Assembly (NCBI GenBank): GCA_045546815.1
Contig: JAZQDN010000054.1
Span: 80,494 to 144,493 of the forward strand
Direction of reading: 5' to 3'
DNA: 64,000 nt
Source of the DNA: Eubacteriales bacterium
GTDB lineage: Bacteria > Bacillota > Clostridia > Oscillospirales > QAKW01
The notes beneath the pieces are model-generated. The model worked only from the letters and a program-made list of their open reading frames with translations, searched no databases and had not been told where the DNA came from. Positions 44,947-52,957 of the stretch are shown here, piece after piece. The translations under genes and the position numbers were made by a program. Numbering within the stretch: position 1 is the first letter of the stretch; the number at the start of each line of letters is the position of its first letter.

Positions 44947-46233
44947 TTAAAGCTTTTTTGCAAGCTCAAGCACTCCGTCGGCAAGTGTCTGTCCTGCGTC
45001 GGGTGTGTGACAGCTGTGACCGCAGAGCGAGATTTCATAAAGGTCGCTCTTGTCGGCAAACGCTTTTTCAGTCGGGATGTAGCCCAGATACTCGTTGCAG
45101 TTTTCTGCAACCATATTCTTTGAAAATCCCGAGTTTGTCTTTATGTATTTGCCGAATGCGTTGTAAATCTCGCCCGGCATAATGGAAATGAGCACATCGC
45201 CCACCTTTATTGCCTGAACGGGCATAACGTCCTCGGTTACACCGCCGTTTGTTCTTTCGTAGTGGATAAGGTTACGCGGGCGCATAAAGCTTATTTTCGG
45301 GCTTGACAGCCACTTTGTAACCTGTTTTGCAACGCTTTCCTTGTCAACGGGGCGTCTTTTGAGGGTGACTGTTGACATAAGCATTTTAACAGTGCCTTCA
45401 ACTGTAACGGCGCTGTCCATTGACGCGATAACAGAATCTGCAAGCACCTTGCCCATATGCTGATAGTGGTCGTCGGGGATAGGTACGCTTGCGTCGGGGT
45501 TTACGTGGTTGATATCACCGCAGGTGCCGAGCAAGAAAAGGCTTACAAAGTCGTTTCCGTATTTTTCTTTAAGATGCTTTGAAAGATACGAAGAATAATC
45601 GCCGCTGTAGCCCGATTCGCCGTAGTTTTTAAGGCAGCACTGATGGCACGCAAAATTGATGATTGCACCAAGCGGTCTTCCTTCACTTTCAAAGAAAAGC
45701 ACAGGAACGTCGGGGTCGATGCCGTCAAGGGTGTCTACAATATCTGTTCTGCCTCTGCCGTGTGTTTTATAACTGCCGTCCTCGAGAATAAAGTTTCTAT
45801 TAAACGAAATGCTGTCTACCTGCGAAATTGAATACTTTACGTCTGCGTTTACAAGTCTCTGGTAAGCAAGAATAATTGCGTCAGCACAAAGGCGTAAAAA
45901 CACGTCAAGATAAGCCTCGTCTGCCTTTGCACCCACTGAATCGTCGCCGCAGATGGGTGCGCCCGAATGCGAGTGGTTTGACGAAACACAAACCTTGTCG
46001 GCAGGGATGGGGGTATACTGCGCCACTCTGTCGGCTACAATTTTTTGAATACCTTTGGTAAGTGAGCAGGTGTCGACTGTTACAATTGCGGCATACTCGC
46101 CGCCGTCTTCCATAACAACAGCCTTTGCAAAAAGTCTGTCCTTCACACCCTTTGAATATACAGGCGAGTAGTGTCCCCACATAAATCCGCCAATCGGCGG
46201 GGTTATGTCACATTCATAAAATGCAGCTCTCAT
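44947..46233 (-). CDS. Neutral/alkaline ceramidase N-terminal-domain-like hydrolase (tentative)
   Basis: 428 aa. The N-terminus CDITPPIGGFMWGHYSPVYSKGVKDRLFAKAVVMEDGG resembles the ceramidase_alk N-terminal pattern. His-rich segments (SSNHSHSG, FACHQC). Confidence 0.45.
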   Translation of the reverse strand: MRAAFYECDITPPIGGFMWGHYSPVYSKGVKDRLFAKAVVMEDGGEYAAIVTVDTCSLTKGIQKIVADRVAQYTPIPADKVCVSSNHSHSGAPICGDDSVGAKADEAYLDVFLRLCADAIILAYQRLVNADVKYSISQVDSISFNRNFILEDGSYKTHGRGRTDIVDTLDGIDPDVPVLFFESEGRPLGAIINFACHQCCLKNYGESGYSGDYSSYLSKHLKEKYGNDFVSLFLLGTCGDINHVNPDASVPIPDDHYQHMGKVLADSVIASMDSAVTVEGTVKMLMSTVTLKRRPVDKESVAKQVTKWLSSPKISFMRPRNLIHYERTNGGVTEDVMPVQAIKVGDVLISIMPGEIYNAFGKYIKTNSGFSKNMVAENCNEYLGYIPTEKAFADKSDLYEISLCGHSCHTPDAGQTLADGVLELAKKL

Positions 46234-47006
46234 ATTTTGCCTCCTAAATTGAACATTGCTTTTGCATTATTGTTTGTAATTTCAATTATTTCCTCTGTCG
46301 TCATACCGCGAAGCTCTGCGATTTTCTGCGCGGTATAAATGGTGTAATCGGGACGGTTCAGCTTGCCTCTGAACGGCTCGGGTGTTAAAAACGGACAGTC
46401 GGTTTCAAGCATAAGCCGTTCAAGCGGCACAGCCTCAATACACTCGACCGCCTTGCGTGCGTTTTTAAAGGTAACAACACCGCCCATTGATATTGAAAGC
46501 CCCATTTTTACAATTTCTTTAAGCGTTTCTTTAGAGCCTGCAAAGCAGTGTAAAACTCCCTTTTTTGGCGGGTGCGCTTTTAATATTTCAATAAGGTCCT
46601 GTGTTGCATCGCGTGCATGTATAACAACGGGCAGGTCTATCTCGTTTGCATAGTCAAGCTGGCGGATAAACCACTTTTTTTGTATGTCGCGCGGAACGTT
46701 GTCCCAATAATAGTCGAGTCCGATCTCGCCAACCGCGACAACGCGCGGGTCGGCAATCAGCTTTTTCATCTCTTCCCAATCATTGTCGGTAATTTCGCCT
46801 ACGTCACACGGATGAAAGCCGACCTCGGCAAAAATGAAGGGGTAGTTGTGCGCGATTTCGAGCGTGCGCCTCGATGTTGCAAGCTCGCAGCCAACACAAA
46901 TTACCGATTCAACGCCGTTGTCCTGAAGCTCTTTTGCAAAGCTGTCAAAGTCCTTTTCGTAATCGGGCTCGTAAAGGTGCGCGTGTGTGTCAATAAGTCC
47001 TGCCAT
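46230..47006 (-). CDS. tatD: TatD-family metal-dependent DNase/hydrolase
   Basis: 258 aa. LIDTHAHL, IGEIGLDY, VVIHARDA and METDCPFL. metG-tatD synteny as in B. subtilis. Confidence 0.9.
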   Translation of the reverse strand: MAGLIDTHAHLYEPDYEKDFDSFAKELQDNGVESVICVGCELATSRRTLEIAHNYPFIFAEVGFHPCDVGEITDNDWEEMKKLIADPRVVAVGEIGLDYYWDNVPRDIQKKWFIRQLDYANEIDLPVVIHARDATQDLIEILKAHPPKKGVLHCFAGSKETLKEIVKMGLSISMGGVVTFKNARKAVECIEAVPLERLMLETDCPFLTPEPFRGKLNRPDYTIYTAQKIAELRGMTTEEIIEITNNNAKAMFNLGGKI

Positions 47007-48931
47007 TATCTTATTTTTGCTCCTGCGGGAATACTGTCGTCAAGGAAAACGACCTTCGGTCCGTTTTCGGTATCTGCCGCAAGTAACATTCCCTCCGACA
47101 GCTCGCCGCGCAGCTTTGCGGGTGCGAGGTTGTCAACAAGCGCTACAGTCTTGCCGATAAGGTCGGCGGGCTTGTAGTGCTGTGCGATGCCCGAAAGCAC
47201 CTGCTTTATCTCAAAGCCATTGTCCACCTTGAGTACAAGTAGCTTGTCGCTCTTTTTGAGCGGTTCGCACTCGAGCACTTTTGCGGCTCTGAACGAGATC
47301 TTTGCAAAATCGTCGATTGAAATTGTCGGTTCTTCTGGTTTTTTGGGTCTTTGCGGCTGCTTTTTAGCGTTTTCTTCAGCAATTTCCGCAAGCTTCTTTT
47401 CTGCATCGATTCTTGCAAAAAGAATTGAGTTATCACCGAGAACGTGACCGTCCTTGAACGCGCCGAAGCTGCCAAGTGAGTCAAGACCCATATTTTCAAT
47501 ATTTAACTGTGTATGAATTGCTTTTGCCGTGTCGGGCATAAAGGGTTCGAGCATTACTGCGGCAAAGCGGATCGCTTCAACGAGGTTATAAAGCACCTCT
47601 GACAGTCTTTCTTTGTCGCCGCCGTCGCGGCCGAGTACCCACGGTTCTGTCTCGTCAATGTATTTGTTTGCGCGCTTGAGAAGTGCAAAAACGTCGTCGA
47701 TCGCGTCAGCAATATGCATCGAATCCATATGCTTTTGGGCAAGTGCGGGGGTTGCGAGCGCAAGGTCGATAAGCTCTTTATCAAGTGCGTCTGCCTTGCC
47801 GTGATTTACAACACCGCCGAAGTACTTTTTGCTCATTGTAATTGTGCGGTTTACAAGGTTGCCGAGGATGTTTGCAAGCTCGGAATTAATGCGCTCAATA
47901 ATAAGCTCATATGACAAAACACCGTCGTTTGCAAACGGAATCTCGTGAAGTAAGAAATAGCGCACAGCGTCAACGCCGAAAAGACCGACAAGGTCGTCAG
48001 CGTAGATAACGTTACCCTTTGACTTACTCATTTTGCCGTCGCTCATAATAAGCCACGGATGACCGAACACCTGCTTGGGAAGCGGCTCGCCGAGCGCCAT
48101 AAGGAGAATCGGCCAATAAATCGTGTGGAAGCGCACGATATCCTTGCCGATAAGGTGCATATCACACGGCCAACGCTTTTTGTACTCGTCCGAGTGGTTG
48201 CCGTCGGGGTCGTAGCCGATGTTTGTGATATAGTTTGAAAGCGCGTCGATCCAGACGTAAACCACGTGCTTTTCGTCAAACGTTACGGGGATACCCCATG
48301 AAAATGACGAACGTGTTACGCAAAGGTCGGAAAGACCCGGCTTTATAAAGTTATTTATCATCTCGTTTTTACGGGCGGGCGGCCAGATGAACTCGGGGTG
48401 CGACTCAATATGCTCCTCAAGCTGCTTTGCATACTTTGAAAGCTTAAAGAAGTACGCGTCCTCTTTTGCCTTTTTAACGTCGCGGCCGCAGTCGGGACAC
48501 TTGCCGTCAACGAGCTGGCTTTCTGTAAAAAACGACTCGCAGGGTGTACAGTACATACCCTCGTATGCACCCTTGTAGATATCGCCCTGATCATAGAGCT
48601 TTTTGAAAATTTTCTGTATTTTCTTTTCGTGTTCAGGGTCGGTCGTGCGAACAAACTTGTCGTAGGTTGTGTTCATTATGTCCCAGATAGCTTTTACCTG
48701 TCCTGCAACGTTGTCAACATATTCCTGCGGGCTGATACCTGCAGCCTCCGCCTTTTGCTGTATTTTTTCGCCGTGCTCATCGGTACCTGTCTGAAAATAA
48801 ACGTCGTAGCCTTGCATTCGCTTAAATCTGGCAACACTGTCTGCCAGAACGATTTCGTAGGTATTGCCGATGTGCGGCTTACCGGATGTATATGCTATCG
48901 CAGTAGAAATATAATAACTTTTTTTATCCAC
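47006..48931 (-). CDS. metG: Methionine--tRNA ligase with a C-terminal tRNA-binding (EMAP/Trbp111-like) domain
   Basis: HIGH (KPHIGN) and KMSKS motifs, plus a Zn knuckle CPDCG. I place the start at GTG 48931 (DKKSYYISTAIAY...), 10 nt after GAAAGGGG. The track's 19-codon AT-rich extension is unlikely. Confidence 0.95.
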   Translation of the reverse strand: MDKKSYYISTAIAYTSGKPHIGNTYEIVLADSVARFKRMQGYDVYFQTGTDEHGEKIQQKAEAAGISPQEYVDNVAGQVKAIWDIMNTTYDKFVRTTDPEHEKKIQKIFKKLYDQGDIYKGAYEGMYCTPCESFFTESQLVDGKCPDCGRDVKKAKEDAYFFKLSKYAKQLEEHIESHPEFIWPPARKNEMINNFIKPGLSDLCVTRSSFSWGIPVTFDEKHVVYVWIDALSNYITNIGYDPDGNHSDEYKKRWPCDMHLIGKDIVRFHTIYWPILLMALGEPLPKQVFGHPWLIMSDGKMSKSKGNVIYADDLVGLFGVDAVRYFLLHEIPFANDGVLSYELIIERINSELANILGNLVNRTITMSKKYFGGVVNHGKADALDKELIDLALATPALAQKHMDSMHIADAIDDVFALLKRANKYIDETEPWVLGRDGGDKERLSEVLYNLVEAIRFAAVMLEPFMPDTAKAIHTQLNIENMGLDSLGSFGAFKDGHVLGDNSILFARIDAEKKLAEIAEENAKKQPQRPKKPEEPTISIDDFAKISFRAAKVLECEPLKKSDKLLVLKVDNGFEIKQVLSGIAQHYKPADLIGKTVALVDNLAPAKLRGELSEGMLLAADTENGPKVVFLDDSIPAGAKIR

Positions 48932-49040
48932 TGTAACATTACCCCTTTCTAAATTTATCTTTAAAACATAGTATATAATATATAACAAAATAAATCAAGA
49001 TTTTGCCAAAAATAAAAAGAAGCCGTTTCGGCTTCTTTTT

Positions 49041-49949
49041 TTATAATGTGATTTTGAATGAAGATACCTTGGGTGTGACGGGTCTGTGCATTTTGTCATA
49101 CTTGGACCCTGCAGCCTCAGCTGTAACTCCCATAAAGAAATCGCTCTCGGTACCTTCACAGGTAATGGTTGTTCCCTCTATTGTGATTATTGCATAGAGC
49201 GGGTCGTTCCAGTAAACGCAGTGCGGTGCACTACGGTATTTTTCAGAGATTTCTTTTGGAAAAAGGTCGTGCTTTTGGGGTAACCAATAGTTATTTACAC
49301 AGTTAAAATCAAAATACAAAACACCGTCTAAAATTGACACATAGTCAACGTGATGATGACCGTTTAATGCCATAAGCACAGAGTTTTTACGCTTTTTGTT
49401 TGCGTCGTTGATTACTTTTTGAACGTCTTCTCTGTTGTTCAGAGCGCTAACAGTACGCTCATAGCTTGTGTGCGAAATGATTATACACGGATGCGGTGCA
49501 CTTTCTATCGTTTCTTTTAACCACTCAATCTGCTCGGGCGGCATCCAGTCGCGTGCCTCGGGAGTTTTGAAGTAATTGCCCATATTAAAATGCACGTACT
49601 CGTCACCGATTTTTGAGTAGTTGGGGTCGGTTACGATAATGCGGTAGCCGCCCTCGTCAAAATAGTAGTGACCGTCAGGCATTTTGTAATTTACCAAAAG
49701 ATTTTCGTATGGTGTGCCGTCGGTGTCGTGGTTGCCGATGCAGTGATAGGTGGGGATATGGAAATTGTTGTATTTATCCATAAGCTCGGTAGCCTCGTCT
49801 GATTTTGAGACAAAGTCACCACCGTGGATGATAAAATCAACGTTGTTTTTTTCAGCAGCAGCCAACATTACTTCGAGTTGGTCGATACCGCCGAAGGGGC
49901 TTCTGCCTGTTACGCTGTGATGAAAATCAGCAAAAAACAAAAACTTCAT
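49041..49949 (-). CDS. Calcineurin-like metallophosphoesterase
   Basis: Start MKFLFFADFHH (ATG 49949, GGAGAG RBS). Motifs GGDF, GNHD and a later GHHH. Confidence 0.8.
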   Translation of the reverse strand: MKFLFFADFHHSVTGRSPFGGIDQLEVMLAAAEKNNVDFIIHGGDFVSKSDEATELMDKYNNFHIPTYHCIGNHDTDGTPYENLLVNYKMPDGHYYFDEGGYRIIVTDPNYSKIGDEYVHFNMGNYFKTPEARDWMPPEQIEWLKETIESAPHPCIIISHTSYERTVSALNNREDVQKVINDANKKRKNSVLMALNGHHHVDYVSILDGVLYFDFNCVNNYWLPQKHDLFPKEISEKYRSAPHCVYWNDPLYAIITIEGTTITCEGTESDFFMGVTAEAAGSKYDKMHRPVTPKVSSFKITL

Positions 49950-49951
49950 AA

Positions 49952-50194
49952 TTATCTCTCCTTCAATTGTTCGATACAATGCTTACAAACATTTTTGCCC
50001 ATATGCGAAACAACGTCTTCGCCGTCACCGCAAAAAACACAGCAGGGACGGTATGCCTTTAAAACAATGCTCTCGCCGTCTACAAAAATCTCCAGCGAGT
50101 CCTTAATATTTATATTAAGATTTCGGCGAAGCTCAATGGGAAGAACAATGCGCCCGAGTTCGTCAACCTTACGTACAATTCCTGTTGCTTTCAT
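49952..50194 (-). CDS. abrB: AbrB/SpoVT-family transition-state regulator with a C-terminal double CxxC
   Basis: 80 aa from ATG 50194: MKATGIVRKVDELGRIVLPIELRRNLNI... (swapped-hairpin AbrB N-domain), followed by CVFC...CKHC. The track's 64-codon upstream extension is AT-rich promoter DNA. Confidence 0.85.
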   Translation of the reverse strand: MKATGIVRKVDELGRIVLPIELRRNLNINIKDSLEIFVDGESIVLKAYRPCCVFCGDGEDVVSHMGKNVCKHCIEQLKER

Positions 50195-50225
50195 GAAAAA
50201 ATACCTGCCTTTTGAAATTTCACTA

Positions 50226-50254
50226 ATGATACACCGCTTAATAAAAAAAGTCAA
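50226..50254 (-). promoter_or_regulatory. Sigma-A-type promoter for abrB
   Basis: Minus strand TTGACT (50254..50249), 17 nt, TATCAT (50231..50226). Confidence 0.55.
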
Positions 50255-50276
50255 CCGTTTTATTTTGAAATAATTG

Positions 50277-50305
50277 TTGAAAAAACAAATGAAGAGTAGT
50301 ACAAT
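50277..50305 (+). promoter_or_regulatory. Sigma-A-type promoter for pduL
   Basis: TTGAAA (50277..50282), 17 nt, TACAAT (50300..50305). Confidence 0.6.
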
Positions 50306-50341
50306 TAAGTGGTAAAAATTATTTATTAAGGAGTACATACA

Positions 50342-50914
50342 ATGGAAAAGAAAATTCTTGTTGAAATGTCGGCCCGTCACGTTCACGTAACACAGGCAGA
50401 CCTCGAAACACTTTTTGGTAAAGGCGCAACTCTCACACCCAAGCGTGAGCTTTCACAGCCCGGTCAGTACCTTTCAGAAGAGAGAATTGACCTTATCGGA
50501 CCTAAAAAGACAATCGCTAACGTGTCAATCCTCGGACCTACACGTCCCGAGACACAGGTTGAGGTTTCACTCACCGACGCAAGAACACTCGGCGTAAACG
50601 CTCCTGTTAAAATGAGCGGTGACATCGCAGGCTCGGGTTCAATCACTCTTAAAGGACCGGCAGGCGAGGTTACAATCGAGGAGGGCGTTATTGCTGCTCA
50701 GCGTCATATTCATATGACACCCGAAGATGCAGAGGCTATGGGTCTTAAGGACGGACAGATGGTATCTGTAAAGGTTGACACAGAGCGCGGCGTTGTATTT
50801 AACGAAACAGTTCTTCGTGTTTCTCCCAAGTTTGCAACTGCAATGCACATCGACACAGACGAAGCAAACGCAGTAATGCTGCCCAGAGAAGCATACGGCA
50901 TCATCCTTGACTAA
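50342..50914 (+). CDS. pduL: PduL-type phosphate acyltransferase (phosphotransacetylase analogue)
   Basis: 190 aa. Duplicated PTAC half-domains with SARHVHVTQADLETLFG and AAQRHIHMTPEDAEAMG. AAGGAG RBS. No encapsulation-peptide extension. Confidence 0.85.
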   Translation: MEKKILVEMSARHVHVTQADLETLFGKGATLTPKRELSQPGQYLSEERIDLIGPKKTIANVSILGPTRPETQVEVSLTDARTLGVNAPVKMSGDIAGSGSITLKGPAGEVTIEEGVIAAQRHIHMTPEDAEAMGLKDGQMVSVKVDTERGVVFNETVLRVSPKFATAMHIDTDEANAVMLPREAYGIILD

Positions 50915-50922
50915 TTAATAAA

Positions 50923-50959
50923 AAGCAAAGTTGTGGTATAGCCATAGCTTTGCTTTTTT
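50923..50959 (+). terminator. Intrinsic terminator after pduL
   Basis: aagcaaag / ctttgctt stem with a structured loop, followed by TTTTT. Confidence 0.6.
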
Positions 50960-50973
50960 ATATGGAGAGAAAA

Positions 50974-52941
50974 ATGGAATTTTTAAAAAACTCACATCGA
51001 TTTTATTTTGAACTGGACGGAAAATGTGCCTTTGACACACCACATACAAAAACACAAACCCAAAATGCAAACGTTTTAACAACCGAGTATCTTTTTGAGT
51101 GTGGACTAAAGGTTACAAACGTTGCAAAAAAATACGAAAACCACGGTGTTTACGAATGGGTTAACTACTTTGAAAACATGTCTGACACCGACACTCCGCT
51201 TATTACAAATCTGTGGGACTGTAACGTGTCTTTGCCGTGTAACCGACAGTATGCGCGTAAAATTTGTCCGATTTTGCCAAAATCGGAAGAACAGATAAGG
51301 ATTTTTAATCCGCGCGGCTGCAGTGATGACGAGCACGATTTTGAGATGTTTGTAAACGATACCCCCGGTGTGTACGGAGACCTTCTTTTTGCCGAAAAAA
51401 CTATCGGATACAAAAACGAAGGCGGACGTTCATCGTTTGTACGCGCGCCGTTTTTTAATATTAATCAACAGTCCTTTGAGTCGGGATATATTTATGCGCT
51501 CGGCTGGAGCGGTCAGTGGAATGCAAAATTTACCTGTTGCGGCGACACGGTGACGGTACATGGTAAGATCGAGGACACAGAGTTTGTACTTTATCCAAAA
51601 GAAAAAATACGTACTGCAAGTACGTATATTATGCCCTATAAAGCCACTTTTGAAAAATCGCAAAACCTGTGGCGCAGATTTGTGCGCGACGAACTCTCCA
51701 ATATTTTAAAAAGGGTAGATAACGCGCCGCTTTCGGCGGCTATGTGGGGCGGTATGCCTTCGGAGAATATTATAGAAAATACAGAAAAACTCTGCAAAAA
51801 CGATATTCCTTTTTCGCACGTGTGGGTTGATGCAGGGTGGTACGGCAAGACCAACGACCCCACTCCGAATGAATTTGAGGGACAGTGGGGCAGTCATCTT
51901 GGCGATTGGAATATAAGCCCTAAAATTCACCCCAACGGCTTTTTGGACGTGGTGCAGTGTGTAAAGAAAAACGGCAAAAAATTCATTTTGTGGTTTGAGC
52001 CTGAACGCGTAAGAAAACAATCCGATTTTGATATGGATAAATCGGGACTTTTGGAAGATCCGAAGAGCCCTAAATACTATCTTGTGAACCTTGGCGATAA
52101 GGGCGCTTTTGATTATACCTTAAATATGCTGTCGGACTATATCGGTAAACTCGGTATTGACTGTCTGCGTTGGGATTTTAATATAAATCCGCTTGGTTTC
52201 TGGCGCAATACCGACACCGAAAACAGACGCGGTATAACCGAAATCAAGTATATTACGGGCCTTTACGGTTTGTGGGACAAACTGCTTGAAAAATTCCCCG
52301 ATCTTATAATTGATAACTGCGCAAGCGGTGGCAGACGCATTGACGTTGAAATGATAAAACGTTCAATGCCCCTGTGGCGTTCCGATGCGCAAACGGTTGC
52401 CAATCCACGCGCAGTCCACGCGCAACTTCACAATATGAATCTGTCGATGTGGACGCCGTTTTCGGGTACAGGTTGCGGCAGGGAATACGACGCTTACCGT
52501 ATCCGCAGTTCATACAGTTATGCATTTCAGTTTTCGTTTACCTTTTCTATGAATGAAAGCTTTGGCGAAAATGCCGCAGACGTAGAACTTTTGCGTAGAT
52601 ATTTAAACGAATACGTCTGGGTGCGCGACTATTTTCTCGGTGATATGTATAATCTCACAAAACCGACCCGTGATGAAACTGCGTGGCGCGCGACCCAGTG
52701 GTCGCGTCCTGAAAATCGCGACGGTATGATACAGATATTCAAGGATAAAAAAAGTCCGTATACAAACGCGTCGTTTTATTTAAACGATATAGATAAAGAT
52801 GCCGATTATGAAATAACCGACCTTGACGGCGGACGTTTTACCGTATCGGGAAAAACCCTTTGCGACGAGGGATTATCGGTTGAAGTAAAAGGCTTGAGAG
52901 TTGCTAAAATATTTATATACAAAAAAATTGACAGGCTTTAA
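50974..52941 (+). CDS. GH36-family alpha-galactosidase-like glycoside hydrolase
   Basis: Motifs LRWDFN (nucleophile region, compare KWDMN), DNCASGGRRID and LWRSD. I chose the ATG at 50974 after GGAGAG; the track start lies inside the terminator. Confidence 0.65.
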   Translation: MEFLKNSHRFYFELDGKCAFDTPHTKTQTQNANVLTTEYLFECGLKVTNVAKKYENHGVYEWVNYFENMSDTDTPLITNLWDCNVSLPCNRQYARKICPILPKSEEQIRIFNPRGCSDDEHDFEMFVNDTPGVYGDLLFAEKTIGYKNEGGRSSFVRAPFFNINQQSFESGYIYALGWSGQWNAKFTCCGDTVTVHGKIEDTEFVLYPKEKIRTASTYIMPYKATFEKSQNLWRRFVRDELSNILKRVDNAPLSAAMWGGMPSENIIENTEKLCKNDIPFSHVWVDAGWYGKTNDPTPNEFEGQWGSHLGDWNISPKIHPNGFLDVVQCVKKNGKKFILWFEPERVRKQSDFDMDKSGLLEDPKSPKYYLVNLGDKGAFDYTLNMLSDYIGKLGIDCLRWDFNINPLGFWRNTDTENRRGITEIKYITGLYGLWDKLLEKFPDLIIDNCASGGRRIDVEMIKRSMPLWRSDAQTVANPRAVHAQLHNMNLSMWTPFSGTGCGREYDAYRIRSSYSYAFQFSFTFSMNESFGENAADVELLRRYLNEYVWVRDYFLGDMYNLTKPTRDETAWRATQWSRPENRDGMIQIFKDKKSPYTNASFYLNDIDKDADYEITDLDGGRFTVSGKTLCDEGLSVEVKGLRVAKIFIYKKIDRL

Positions 52942-52957
52942 AACCTGTCAATTTTTT
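52928..52957. terminator. Bidirectional terminator between convergent genes
   Basis: ttgacagg / cctgtcaa stem flanked by AAAAAAA and TTTTTT. The GH36 stop codon sits in the loop. Confidence 0.7.

Noticed and set aside
49952-50386. N-terminal extensions suggested by the ORF track: abrB 144 aa, metG from 48988, femX from 24360, rsmI from 11069, maf from 31873, DUF1858 from 24406, amidase from 12933
   Set aside because: The extensions are AT-rich, contain the predicted promoters or terminators, lack an RBS, and precede the family-typical N-termini. Each of those N-termini has its own Shine-Dalgarno sequence.
50342-50914. PduL as a marker of a bacterial microcompartment locus
   Set aside because: No BMC shell (PF00936/PF03319-like) genes, aldehyde dehydrogenase or signature enzymes lie within 10 kb on either side. 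The gene is monocistronic and lacks an encapsulation peptide.
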